From contig CP145411.1 of NCBI GenBank assembly GCA_036867785.1, positions 186,001 to 250,000 of the forward strand: a stretch of DNA of 64,000 nt, read 5' to 3'. The notes below the pieces were generated by a model, which saw only the letters and a list, made by a program, of their open reading frames with translations, ran no database searches and was not told the origin of the DNA. The DNA is from Plasmodiophora brassicae (taxonomy: Eukaryota). Below are positions 26,150-39,007 of the stretch, in pieces. Both the position numbers and the translations under genes were made by a program. Each line of letters starts with the position of its first letter. Positions within the stretch are counted from its first letter, which is position 1.

Positions 26150-28096
26150 ATGGCGGAGAGCGCGTCATCGGCGTCGACGGCACCGGCGCCGGCGCGGAAA
26201 CGGAAGCGTGGCGGCGGCGGATGGAAGGCGAACGCGGTGCCGTTTCCGGAAGCGGCAGCGAGGGAGGGGGGTGTGGCGGCGCCGGCGGCTAGCGGGCCAG
26301 CGGGGTTGCCTGGCGACGTGTTTGTCGAGCAGGAGAAAGTGGTCGATGGGGTCGTGTGGGACGCGGCGTCATTCGCCGAGGAGTGGTGCAAGTGGCCGCG
26401 GATGGGGGCGCCCATCCATGGTGCACCTATCATTCCGATGAAGTGCCCGCTGCCCGCCTCGTTCGATGATGTCGTTGCCGATGAGCACAAGTTCAACGCG
26501 GCCATGGCCGTGCGGTATCACCGGTCGAAAGGCGTGTCGATCGGCATGGTCGTCGCGCTTGTCCATTGTCAAGCCAGATCGCACCTGACAGCGTGCGCGC
26601 CCATATCTGACCAATGGACATCCAACGAAGAGCTGCGTAGGCTGGGCGTCACGCTCTGCACGTTGCGTCTGTGCGCAACAGAGTCCTTCGCAAAGGACGA
26701 TTCAAAGATGTACGCTTGGCGGGTGCGTCTTGCTGCATAGCAGTCACTGAGATTTCATGTACCACAGCATTCCATCGGTTGATGAAGTGGCGGCGTTCTG
26801 CAAGGTCGTTTCCGGGTACGTGGAACGGAACCCCGGTCAGCACGTCGCTGTCCATTGCACGAGCGGGTTCAACTGTACCGGGTTCATGACGGTATCCTAC
26901 ATGGTCGAGGTGAATAACTTCTCGGTTCATGCGGCCCTGGAGTCGTTCGCTACCAGTCGTCCTCCTGGCATCTACCTACCTGTTTGGGTTCGTGCTTTGC
27001 TGGTGCGATACGACGATGCTACTGTGAAGGAGTCCGAGCAGGCGGCCAGGCGAATGCTTTCGAATGTAAACCTGCCGTGCTGGGACACCTCTCCTGCCCC
27101 ACCGACGTTCACCATACCAGTTTGTGCTGTGTGCCGTCTGTAGAACGTGCGCTGACGTGATTTTGTTTATCGAAGGCAGCGAGTGGCGGCGATGTGGCTC
27201 CCCGAGTCGTGTTCCCCAAAGGCGACCTTCCTGAAGCGCGCCTCGTTGAGGATCCAGTTGAGCAATCAAAGCTCCGGTCGACGTTCCAGAAACTTGCTGC
27301 CCTGCTGGGACCTGACCCATTCGCGGCGTTCACCCCTCTACGATTTGATGGTACGGGTCAATTCACTTGGCCTATGGCTTACTCAAACTACGGGCAGATG
27401 AGGGATCCGCGAAACGGATCCTACAAGCCGCGCCCCTAGTGACCTGGAGAACGCTCGGCTTCCCTGTCTTCTTCATGATCGCCGGGAAATCGTCATTCAT
27501 GATCACAGTGGATGCCGTCCATGAGCTGCCGAATATGTCGTTCCCAAAGCGAAAGGTTTTGCCTCGGTGCGGGTCGGCCTGAGGTGGTTGCTCACATTTC
27601 GTCCAGAACCCTAACGAGTTACTGGATGGTACTCTACTTGTTGGCGACCTCGTTGTCGACGAAGTATCTGGAGCTGGGAGAACGCCTCGCTTCCTGATAC
27701 TGGACTTGATTGCGTTCGGCGGGCGTCCGTTGCTTGAGCAAATCTCGATTCCAGTAAGCGACGTGCTGTGCACAATGGCCAGACGTGGTACTGATTTGGC
27801 CGGGGGGTCAGAAACGTCTTGAGTGTGCACGTGTCGAAATTGTAGATCCTTCCCGGGTTTGCTCGCATCGGCTCCGTCTGCGCGTGAAGTCCCTCGTCGC
27901 CCTGTCCCATGCTGAGTCCATTGTCACCAAGATCATCCCCACACTCCCGCACAGGCACGATGGGCTGCTCTTCGTCACATCAGCTGGGGCAGGTCACGCA
28001 CGCACCACAGCTCCTCGTGTTTGCGAGTGGATCGAGACGTCGTCGACGATTACTCGACAGGCTGTGCTGGACTTGATCAGGAATATATCATCATAG
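26150..28096 (+). CDS. mRNA capping enzyme homologue (cysteine-type RNA triphosphatase + guanylyltransferase domains), catalytically degenerate; multi-exon
   Basis: W..WPRMG.PI...IIPMKCPL, VHCTSGFNCTGF, RPPGIY; guanylyltransferase-like LVTWRTLG, GTLLVGDLVVD, RFLILDLI, PHRHDGLLF. Confidence 0.8.
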
Positions 28097-28169
28097 GTTC
28101 ACCGGACGGAATGCAAGTTGGACATCGTGTATTTCACCGGACGGGTCGGGACCCGAAGGCAGGAAAGAC

Positions 28170-29416
28170 CTACATGATATCCTTGCCGACAGTCTCGTCG
28201 TCCTTAAGGGATTTGTGGGGCGCAACACGAACACCATTCATCAAGGCAACCCCTTCCCCAACGCCGACGTCCTTGCCGAGAACGGTATCGGGACCAATCC
28301 TTGCCCACTTGCCAACTTTGCAATCCCACCCAATGATGGACGATTTGATGCACGCCCCACTGCCGATCTTCGCCCCAGACAGGATAGCGCTACGTACAAT
28401 GCTGACACAGTCGCCAATGACGGTTCCGGGGCCGATGACAACGTCGGGGCCAATCTTGCATCCGGAACCAATCGTTGCGGTAGGGTCAATGATGACATTG
28501 CCGGTAACGGCTGGCGACGACGATAGCAGAGGCGACTTGGCACTTTGCAGCGACGCTAGGTACAGAACTTGACCTCGCAGGTAATCAAGAGGCTGCCCGA
28601 TGTCCATCCAGAATCCAGGCAGGACGAACTGGTACAGGGTTTTGTCGTTCACCATAGCGGGGAACGTCTCACGCTCGATCGACGACGGTACCGGACGGAG
28701 GCGATCCAGAATAGCACGGTTGAAGACATATATCCTACACGACCAATGATCAGGATGCGATCCCTAACGGTCTTGACGACGATGGTACCCTGCATTGATT
28801 TTGTCGCCGACAAACTCGGTCGGCTTCTCGACGAAGCGTTCGATTCGGCCAGTAGGTTCCGCGACCACAACGCCGTACTTGGAAGGGTCTGACACCTTCG
28901 TGACGACAATGGTTCCCTCTTTGCCATGCGACATGTGGAACTTGAGGAGGGCCTCGAACGGGAAGTCGCAGATCACATCGCTATTCAGGACAAAGAACGG
29001 ATCTGGACCATCCAAATGACGACGCGCCAAGGCCAGCGGCCCCGCTAGCATGGCCATTAACATTCATCTTAGGCAGGGTGCTGTAATTGTTACCTGTCCC
29101 TAACGGCTCGTCTTCTTTGGACGTAATGATCTTGATCCCCAACTGACGAGGTGCACTAAGACAATGCGATTCCGTCGTCGTCCGTTGCAGACGGCGTTAC
29201 CTGCTTCGATCGTTCACGAAGGTACTCCTCCATGACATCGGACTGGTACGAAACGGCAAGAACGACCTCGGTGACGCCGACTTTGACGAGCGCCTCGATC
29301 TGGTGCATCACGATCGCCTTGTTGGCGAACGGCACCAGTGGTTTCGGAGCATCGAACGTCAGCGGTCGCAGACGCGTCCCGTATCCGCCCACGAGAATCA
29401 GGGCCTTGCATGGCAT
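28170..29416 (-). CDS. GMPPB: Mannose-1-phosphate guanylyltransferase (GDP-mannose pyrophosphorylase; multi-exon)
   Basis: [72 protein letters not shown]-terminal hexapeptide repeats. Confidence 0.95.
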
Positions 29417-29717
29417 CGTGAATGGACCCTCGCGACCGGCCACACCCATTGACTTTGAGTCCGCCGTCCGAACCGTCCCCGGCGCTATCCCAAAATTAAA
29501 CGAGACGGTCGCAGGCAAAAAGGCGATCACGCTGCAAAATGGTGTTGTGTGAGTTGTGACTTGTGAACCTCATCGAAACGTTGCGTTTTCCAAATATAGA
29601 ATCGGTTGATGCTAAATACAGTCGAAGCTGGAGCTGGGCCGGAATTAGACTGGCAGCTATAACTTCGCAGTCTCCCCAGCAAACGGGAGATTCGCTCAAG
29701 GCGACGCTGACCTGGAC

Positions 29718-32700
29718 ATGTCGCGCGAGGCGGCGGGCGTCATCGCGGCGATCGCTGTCACCGTCGTCGTCGTCGCCGTCGTCGTTATCTGTGTGCCCAG
29801 CTGGGAGGCGGCCGAGCCGGCACCGCCTGCCGAATTACCCGAGGTTCGCGCGCCCGTCCGGAAGCCCTGGCTCGGTAAGAAGAACTCGGCCGCCCGTGCC
29901 CTGTGGACGGCGGCGAGCCTCGGGGCGACATTCGTCGCTGTCCACAAGGCCCTCACCCCGTATCGGCCTGAACGACACGTGCTCCTGCCGGCAATGGCGG
30001 CCAGCGAGTCCACCCTGAAGGTCTCGATACCTGAATCGAACGCAGTGCCCGCCCGCATGTCGACCTGGCGTAAGGTGACGAGTTCGGCCATGGTCGCTGG
30101 CCAGTACATCAAAGGTGATTTGAGCATGGAGCGGAACCTGCTGGCTGGCATTGCATCAGCGGCCGCTTGGGCCTTCGCGAGGAACGACGTTGCACCGAAA
30201 ATGATGTCGGCGGCTGCGTCCGCTGTTACGTCGGCTGCCAACCAGTCGCTGCCGTTCGCCAGTGACCTGAAGAACCTCCTGGACCTGATCAGCATCAGGC
30301 CGTTCGATTACATGGCCATCGTGGACATGGTTGTGTCCAGTGACGACGTTAACGGATGCCTCCTGATGGCCTACCGAATGGACCCTCCGCCCATTGTCAC
30401 CGTAGAAGACTGCTTCTCAATATTGGACGCGCCCGTCCACCCTTCCTTGTCCGTCGTCGTCGTCGTCGTCCCGATGCCCGTGGTGATGCTCACTGACGTC
30501 TGCCTGTCGCTCAGTTTCGTGGAGAATGACGACAACCGGATCGCGATGGAGAAGCAGCTCAGCGTCCTGCGACAGCGATGGCCTCGGGGACACCACTCGG
30601 GGACCTGTGTCATGCGCTCGATCTATCGCTCGATGACGTATGTATTGTACCTGTCCGACGCCCGTGTCGGCACGTGTGCTGACATCTCCGAATGGCACAG
30701 GGTGAACCCGTTGCTGATCGACAGGAATCTCCCCAACCTGAGGTTCGTGCTGAAATCAACACACCTTGTCGAAGACGATTTCGTGGGCGCCAACGGCAAA
30801 CCGGTCGTCTTCTATGCCGTCCGGGACGCCATGTACGCTGCTCGTGCACTGCTCGGTTTCGCCGTTGCCTGACGCGTGCGTCTTTGCAATAACAGAGACG
30901 ACTGGGTGCATGCCGAGCTCCATCTGCCCGCCATCCGGGAGCTGGTGTCCCACCACCTAGCTCTGGTCGACGACAGCATCGCCGCGATGATCGCCAGGGA
31001 AGCCAGGTCGGCCGGGTACTCGCTGCGCTCTCGCCCCCCCCCCGGGAACACTGAATGCGCTGTGGTAATAGTTACGAGGACGACCCCGGACGGGTCCGGT
31101 TCCTGCAGGACCTTCTGCATGCGGTCCTGGGTGGTAGTGCCGTCCGCGTTTCAGGTGCGAGTCGACGATCCATGGCCGACTTGCTGGTGCACGGTGCCAG
31201 GTACCACCAGCGCGCTCTGTGGGGTTGGTACCCACGTCGCTGACCGCTTGTATATTCGAATGTAGGAAGCACGACGCCAAGAGCGAGCTCGCGCAACTGA
31301 AAGCGTCGATGGCCACGAGGTTGACTGGCGCGCATGCTGTTGTACCTGAACGGGTCTCAGACGACGAGATCGAAACCGCCAATCGACTTCGCCAGTACGC
31401 GTCCCGCGTCGTCGGCTGCCTCGGCCTGGGCGACCCAGAGGGATGCTGGGGCAAGTGTCTTCCAAACCGCCCAACGGATATCTACCTTCCTGATCGCGAC
31501 ATCGGGGACATTGCTGACGGCTTTCAGGGCATTCTCGACGTTGCTTCCGACATGCGAGGCATTCTGTCTGATGTCCTTCACGCTGACGCCAACCGTCCCA
31601 TGCGAAGCGTTCTGTCCAAAGTCATCCACATTGCAGGTAGTCCCGAGATCAACGTCGTTGGGCTTCGCCAGGCTGTAGAAGAGCTGGACCTGGGCCATGT
31701 CATCCTGCCGACCGCGTCCCAGCGACGCATCCTGCACGTTGATGCCAGCGGCGGCGAGCACGGCACCGAATGGATCGCCAAACGTCGCAAGGAGGCGCGT
31801 CTGGTGACGGACAAGACCCAGTTCCACGTCCATTACCTCGACGAGGACAACATGGGCGAACGGTACCGCGTCCTGGGTGCGTTCGACCTGCTCGTCACCA
31901 GCAGCTATGCGTTGGCCGATCTCGCCGGTCCTCACCTGGCCCTAAAGGCGCGTATCACGTCCGCGTTCCTGCGCTTACCACTGAACGCAGCACCTGTCGT
32001 CGTCGTGGAGGCCGCTGCCATGGCTGCTGGCCCCATCCTGCAGAAGGTGTTCCAGGAATACGCGACACGATTCGAATCCGCCCTCATGGCCGCCCGGGCG
32101 CGGTCGTTCCTCACCGACATTCACCCAATGACCGACGACGAACTCGCTGACCAGCTGCAGGCCTCGTTTCCCAGCCGCGCTATCGATGACCTGTTACCCG
32201 GGTTCAACCACACCAGCCCGTCGGCAGCGTCTATCGGTAAGGCGGGATGACAATTCAGGGCTCTCCGACCGCCTTGCTGAAACGAATGTGCAGCCGAAGG
32301 ACATATCACCGGGTACAGGAAGGCTCTAACGGAGCCGCCGGTGCGGGCGTGGGCCAAGATCAGGCGCCATGGCATCGATCAGCGGTACCTGGTCGAGCAA
32401 TCCCTGGTGGAAGCGATCCGGACGATGGAGCAACGTGGCGTGCCGCGTCAGAGTTCGGGAGCGAGGGCGCTGGAGTCGCTGGCGCAGCGTGTCACCATGG
32501 ACCTGGACTTTGCCGGCGAGACCGACAGCATTCGCCTGGCCGGGCGCGTGTTCGGCGACATGGCAGGCATCGAGATCCCTCAGGTGCTGCACAACGACGC
32601 CAACGTGATCGTGATGACGCTCGCACCCGGCGCGACGTTATCGAAATGGGTACGCGACCCGACTCTGCGCGGCGCCGACGTCTGCGCCAGGAACGACCTG

Positions 32701-33864
32701 TTCGTCGCGTTCGCGCATCGCTGGTTCGACGAGGGCATGTTCAGCCGTGGGCCCACCGTCATCCACTCCGACCCGCACATGGGCAACCTGATCTATTCGT
32801 ACTCGAAGGCCATGAGGAAGGGCACCCTGACGGTCGTCGACTGGGGCCAGGCCTCCCGGCCGTCGTCCGGCCTCGCGTGGTCGGTCGGCAGGCAGGCCGT
32901 TGACGTCGTGTTTGGCACCGTCTTCAACTACCCCGACATGGTCGGCAGAGCGTTGGGCGTCGACGCCGGCAACCTGTTCGCGGACAACGCGTCGATCGTG
33001 GACAGGATCGTGGAGGTGGTCGCGCGCCATGGTCAATCGTCGGCCATGCTGCAGATGAACGCGTTCGTCTACGGGGCGATGCACATCCTGCGCACGCTGG
33101 AGGCTCTCGAGGCCGATTCGCACCCGTCGTGCGACCCGGTGAAGACGTCGGCTGCGTTCATGCGAGACGTCTTCCATGTCTGGAGCGGGCGCGGGCTCCT
33201 GGCGATCCCCGCGCTCGCCCTGCAACACGTCGGCATCGCGCCCGGGTCGGCAGGCGTCCAGCGCCTGCCGCGATGGATCCCGGGCGTCCTTGGGCGGACG
33301 CTCTGGATCACAGAACACAAAGAGGTACGTTGGCACCTGCCCTGGGGAAGCAACCGCCGCCTAACAGCCAGGTAGGTGGCACGCGCGATCGGCAAGGCGG
33401 CTGTGACGAGGGACGCGTCGCATCTCGTCCCGTATGGCGCCTCGCTCCGACGCCTGGGCCAGACGGCGCTGACCAAGGCCCTGCGGAAGACGACGCCGAT
33501 CCACCAGGTGGATCCAGCCGTCGCGAACCTGGCGCTGTCGTTCGCGTCGTATTCGGTGTGGGGCGCGCTGATGAACCAGGCGCGTCGTCAGCCGCTGACG
33601 ACGAAGCACGTCCTGGCCAAGGCCGCCCAGAACGCGGCCGCGCAGGCGTTAACCTTCAAGGCCGTCGAGCTGCTTCAGCCGAAGGCGGCGGCGCTGGTCG
33701 ACGCCGGCGCCGATCGCCTGTCGGAGCAGAACGTGCCGTTCGTCAAGGGCGCGTATCGGGACATCCTGAACAATGCCCTGATCCTGTCCAAACTGTATCT
33801 GCGCCACAAGCTATACGCCATCCGCGATGCTGTGGAAGGACAATACTATTCGCCAGTTGCATAA
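29718..33864 (+). CDS. ABC1/UbiB (ADCK) atypical protein kinase with long N-terminal extension and signal peptide/TM (multi-exon; could be two genes)
   Basis: GPILQKVFQ, PSAASI|AEGH, AWAKIRR, DLDFAGE, IHSDPHMGNL, VDWGQ; hydrophobic N-terminus MSREAAGVIAAIAVTVVVVAVVVICVPSWEA. Confidence 0.65.
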
Positions 33865-34019
33865 TACAGAGCGCGGCGTGGGCACGACGCTGGCGTGAGG
33901 CAGGGCGGCGCCCCCTGTGTTGCCGTTTCAGGTTCGGCCTCGGTCGGGCCTCGCCGACCCCGACTGTCTGCAGTCAGTCACGACCTCATTGTCGAGTGAC
34001 GACCACCGCCTGCCCCGGT

Positions 34020-35182
34020 ATGGAGGACCTGGCACCGCCACCCGCGCCCGCCATCGACACCAGAACCAGCGCCCAGGACCCAGCCGCCGCCGCCTCACCA
34101 GCAGCAGCAGTAGTGGCATCCGCACCATCGTCCCTGTATACGTGCACGGCCTGCAACAAGTCGTTCAAATCGCCCGGGATGCTGGCGCGGCACGAGCGCA
34201 CCCATACAGACGAGCGCCCATGGATCTGCAGCGTCTGCAAGTTCGTATCGTGAGCCGACCTGGCACCGAACGCGCATGGACTGACCCCTGGTGTTGCAGC
34301 AAGTCGTTCTGCGCCAAGGGCAACCTGACGAAGCACATGCGGGTGCACCAGCCGACGACGGGCGTCGTCGACCTGCCTCAGCCGGTACGCTGCCCGCTCT
34401 GCAACCATCAGCTAAAGAGCGCTGCGAGCCTGCCGGCCCATTATCGGGCGCGGCATCCCGAGGCCCAGCTGGACCCAGGCGGCGAGATCAAACCGGGCGC
34501 GTCGCCGACGTTCGCCCCTGTCAACGACGAACGGGCGCGGGCCGTTCGTCGGATCCTGGCCGAGAAGACGCCACCGATCTACAAGTTGAAATCCATGTCA
34601 CGGCCGCTGGTCTTTGCGATCGTTCCCGATACGCCCGCGACGCGTCTCAACGACGACGACTGGCCGGCGAAGAAGAAGAAGGCGCCTCCGCCGCCGATAC
34701 AACCCCCTGCTGCCGTTGTTGTTGCTGATCGCGACGAGGAAGACGAAGACGAAGAGGCGACCGACGTGGAGAAGTCGATGGCGGTGGACGACGACGACGA
34801 CGACGACGAGGCCGACGAGCCGCCGTCGACGTCAAAGGAGAACGCGGTGAACTGCCACACGTGCACGACCTGCGGCAAGTCGTTCAAGCAGGCGGTCCTG
34901 CTGAGCAACCACATGCGGGTGCATACGGGCGAGCGCCCGTTCGTCTGCGACATCTGCGGGAAGTCGTTCTCGCAGAAGGGGTCCATGACGACCCACATGC
35001 GCATCCACAGCGGCGACCGGCCGTTCGAGTGCGACCAGTGCCTGCGGCCGTTCCACAAGCACAGCGACCTGAAGCGGCACCAGCGCACCCACACGGGCGA
35101 GAAACCGTTCCAGTGCCCCATCTGCGACAAGGCGTTCGCCAGGCTCGACGTCCTGAAGAACAACCACCTGCGGCTGCACTAA
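34020..35182 (+). CDS. C2H2 zinc-finger transcription factor (~7 fingers; intron ~34243-34298)
   Basis: CTACNKSF..HERTHTDERPW, CTTCGKSF..HMRVHTGERPF, CDICGKSF, CDQC..HTGEKPF, CPICDKAF. Confidence 0.92.
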
Positions 35183-35347
35183 CACGGGCGCCGTTGGGTT
35201 GCGCTACGAGGTATTTCCCTGCGTCTAGGTAGGTATGCTGCTCTCGGAGTCGGACAGGTGTGGGGTCGATGCGTCGGCGCGACAGGTCCGTGGTAGTTTG
35301 CAGTTCGCAGCCGACGGCGGTCGGACTGCGCGTTGCGTCGATTGTCG

Positions 35348-37067
35348 ATGGCGGAATCGGCGGGGCGGAAGCGCAAATCGCGATGGGGCGACGGCGCGGC
35401 GGCGGCCGAGGCCGAGATGGAGCGCATGCTGGCGGAGCGGAACGCCGCGCTGCAGAAAACGATCGAGGAGGCGAACCGGCGGGCGCAGGCGCAGCGATTC
35501 CCGGCGCCGTTGATTCTCGACGAGCAGGGCCGGGAAGTCGATGAGAAGGGCAACGTGGTGACGAGACGCGTCGCCGATCTGGCGACCGTCCGAGCGAACC
35601 GCCCCGCGGCGACCCCGGCGCCAGAACCGGCAAATGCATGTAATGCCTAGCCCGCCCCTGCGCACACGCTGACTGGGTTTGCCTTTCGCAGGAAGAACCC
35701 GTGGAGAGGGTCGAACAGGCACCGTGGTACGACCCGCGCGTGCATGCCTCTCGAGCGACCCTGCGGTCGCGCCGATCGTTCAGTTTCGTTCAACCCGGGA
35801 AGTTCATTCGCAAGGCGCAGAACCTGCGCCTGCGTCAGATGCGGAATGACCTTCGGGCGGCCGCCGAAAACCCGGCGCCGATGCACGACGACTTCGCCGC
35901 CGCTGGGGATCCCAATGCGATCGCGTTAGGGTCGCGGTTCTCCCACACGGAAGTGTTTATCGAGCCCGGCGTCCCGGACGTGGAATGGTGGGACCAGGCC
36001 ATTCTCGCCGACCCGAACGACCCGTCGTCACCGGTGGATCCCGCTAAGCGTCAGTTCGGCGTGTGTCGTGCCCGCTGCGTACACGAGTTCGTCTGACACG
36101 GTGCGTGCTGTGCAGTGTCCTCCCTTGTGGAGCACCCCGTTCCGTTGAAGCCTCGCGCCGAGCCTCCGCCGCCGCCAGTCCAGCCGATGGTGCTGACCGA
36201 GAAGGAGAAGAAGAAGATTCGGCGCATGCGGAAGTTGGAGAAGCAGAGAGAGGTGCGGGACAAGATCAGGCTTGGGCTGGCAGCGCCGCCGCAACCAAGA
36301 AGTGAGTTGCCAGCAATGGGGCCATTGGCGTTTATGTACGCCGTGCTTAGTGTGCTCGTGCAGTCACCCTCAAGAACATGTTTCGCGTCATGCCGCACGA
36401 GGCCATTGAAGACCCAACTGCTGTGGAGGCAAAGGCGCGCGCTGAGATGGAGAAGCGGCAAGTGGAGCACCACCTTCAGAACGAATCGCGTCGTCTGACG
36501 CCTCAGCAACGGGCCGAAAAGAAACGGTATGCAACCGCATTCGACAGCGCCCGCCCCTGTGTGCCTAGGACGGGGTTTGACGCGTCCGATAGGAAAAAGT
36601 TGGAAGAGGACACATCGCGAGAGGTTGTCGTTGCCGTGTTTCGCGTCGATCGGCTGGACATGCCCCAGAACCGTTTCAAGATGTCCGTCAACGCCGAGGA
36701 ACTGAAGCTGACCGGATGCATGATCTGCTTCGAGGGCTGCAACGTTGTCGTCGTCGAAGGTGGCCCACGCGGCATCAGGAAGTATACCCGTCTGATGCTG
36801 CACCGTATCAAATGGGTGCCCGAGCAGAACCACGCGGACGACGAGGACGACGACGACGAGGACCAGGACGACGTGAAGTCGTCTCCCGGCAATCACTGCT
36901 GCCTCGTATGGCGCGGCGTCGTTGTCAAGCGCAGCTTCAGTGGATTTCGCGTGCACTCGTGTGTCTCCGAGGAGCAGGCACGCAAGATCGTCGCCGACAA
37001 GCACCTGGGTCACTATTGGGACATGGCTAGGAACTTCCAGGCCGACATGGGTACCGTCATCGTATAA
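35348..37067 (+). CDS. PRP3: U4/U6 snRNP protein Prp3 (multi-exon)
   Basis: RSFSFVQPGKF, PDVEWWD, LVEHPV, LTEKEKKKIRR, DKIRLGL, AIEDPTAVE, VVVVEGG, KYTRLMLHRIKW, NHCCLVWRG, HYWD. Confidence 0.93.
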
Positions 37068-37356
37068 TAATGCAACAGCACTCATCGACCTGTCTCGTTC
37101 ATATCGAGAAACGTGTCGCTCACACCCTTCGCTCAGCTACTGGGGCGCTGGTGCATGTCGGGGCGGCTGCTGCACGTGTGAGGTATCCCAGATCACCGAC
37201 AGGACATCCCGTTGCTGGGACGAACGTTCGGCGGTACAGACGTCGTTCCGCCGTGCAGGGCGTTGCACAACATGAGGGTTTTACTCACTGTCGGTATGGC
37301 TCCCTTATCCGGTCTCTCGAACACTAGGGCGGTTTAGACGTTTGGGTGGCCAGCGT

Positions 37357-38502
37357 TTAGGCCTTGGCGGCGACGCCGGCGCGGCTCGCCGACATCATCG
37401 CCCGATATCGGTGGGTGGCGTCCTCGATGACGTCGAGCTGGCGGAGGAACCGGTTGAAGATCTTGGGCAACAGGACGTCGTAGGTGCCGTCGGGTGTCCC
37501 GACCGACGCCAGTATGCTCTGTCGCCATTCTTCCCATTCCGCTTCGGCTGCCGCCGCCCCGAACGTCTTCAGGTACGTCCAGATGACGTTGAAGACCTGG
37601 AAGAACGCCTCGCTGTCGAACGAGCCGAACTCGATCATCTGGCGGATAAAGTCGACGTCGAGCGACCGGTCAACCTCCGCCTGGACGTCGCTCCGGTTCG
37701 GGACGAGCTCCTTGATCCGGTCGCGAATCTCAGTCAGCAGCGTCACAATCCGGTCGTACTTGGGCGGCGTCTGCCTCAGCTCGGCGGCGAAATCGTCCCA
37801 GTACTGCTTGGACCCCAGCTCCTGGATGATCTGCTCCAGGTCGATCTGGATCGGCGGCGACTGCTGGACCTGCTCCCAGGCCTCTGGGCCGCCCATCTGC
37901 AGGATGCGCCGCTTGTTCGCCTCCAGCTGGCGTTGCGCCAGGTCAACCATCAGCTGAAGGCTCTCGGGGTCTCGCGTGTCGGCACGTGACGCCTCCAGGT
38001 GCGCGATCGAGGCGACCCACTGGTGGTGGGCATTGGCCAGCGTTCGCAGGACGCGCTGCCGATCGAACTCCTTCCATTCCCCGAACTTGGCCTGGAACGC
38101 TGACAGAGCCTGCAGCGCGCCCGCTAGGTCGTCAGCACCGTCCTCGCTGGAGAACCTGGCGACGACGCCTTTGGCGCCATGGAAACAGTCGCGATCCAGG
38201 GCGCGGTCGTCGCCGGCGGCCTCCATCTCCTCTTCGCTGATCTCGAGGATGTCACCGGGGAACAGCGCGACCATGAACGCGGCAAGCAGCGTCCGAGGGG
38301 ACGGTTTCGCGAGGATGCCTTCGTCGCGCGCCTCTTTCAGCAACTGTAGCGCGGCTTTCAACGTTGCTGGCCTCTGGATGTAGGTGGAGAACGTCTCGAA
38401 CGTCGACGTCACATCGGCGTCCGCTAGGGCGGCTCGCATCATGGATCGAAACTCGGCAAATAGGCGCTGGGCGTCGCCAGAGAATTGGACGATAGCCGAC
38501 AT
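37357..38502 (-). CDS. T-complex protein 11 (TCP11/SOK1) domain protein, intronless
   Basis: SPRTLLAAFMVALFPGDIL, FGEWKEFD, YWDDF..PPKYDRIVTLLTEIRD, LDVDFIRQMIEFGSFD. Confidence 0.8.
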   Translation of the reverse strand: MSAIVQFSGDAQRLFAEFRSMMRAALADADVTSTFETFSTYIQRPATLKAALQLLKEARDEGILAKPSPRTLLAAFMVALFPGDILEISEEEMEAAGDDRALDRDCFHGAKGVVARFSSEDGADDLAGALQALSAFQAKFGEWKEFDRQRVLRTLANAHHQWVASIAHLEASRADTRDPESLQLMVDLAQRQLEANKRRILQMGGPEAWEQVQQSPPIQIDLEQIIQELGSKQYWDDFAAELRQTPPKYDRIVTLLTEIRDRIKELVPNRSDVQAEVDRSLDVDFIRQMIEFGSFDSEAFFQVFNVIWTYLKTFGAAAAEAEWEEWRQSILASVGTPDGTYDVLLPKIFNRFLRQLDVIEDATHRYRAMMSASRAGVAAKA

Positions 38503-38731
38503 TATAGGCGTGTTGCGCTGCACGCGCGATTATACGGTTAGCGGGCGAAGTTGACTAGTGAGTCGGTCAACGGGCGAGCGTCCGACACTGACCACACGAT
38601 AACCCCGTTGAGTCACGGCCGACGTGTCACCGGGTCTGGTCCACCACAAACCGCCAGATGGAGTCATCCGCTGGCGGGTCAACGCGCCGCCCACCACACC
38701 CGGTCCGTGTGTGTGCGCGCCGATCTCGAAG

Positions 38732-38808
38732 CATCTGGAACACGGCGCGCTGCAGTTTGCAGTGTACCCACATCTGGAGCACGGAGCGGCAGCTTGCAGT
38801 GTACCCAC
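38732..38808. repeat. Imperfect tandem duplication (~39-bp period, 2 copies) between divergent genes
   Basis: catctgga(a/g)cacgg...tgcagtgtacccac begins at 38732 and again at 38771. Confidence 0.75.
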
Positions 38809-39007
38809 GTGCGTAGCTCGTTTCCCGCATCAGTACCCCCTCCCCCGTATGCATGGCCCTGTCGGCGGTCGGTGCTGCAACACAACGGGGGGTCCGCTCG
38901 TCGCAATCGCGTCGTTGTTTTGCGGGCGCGGTCGTCTGGCAAATAAATAATCCGGCCGGAAGAAAAGGACGAAAAACAGAACCGCTGTGCCAATTTGGTG
39001 TTCGTCG

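Noticed and set aside
33373-33378. Stop-codon readthrough between in-frame ORFs 32341-33375 and 33376-33864
   Set aside because: Better explained by a GTACGT...TAG intron (~33325-33375) with a CTAAC branch point.
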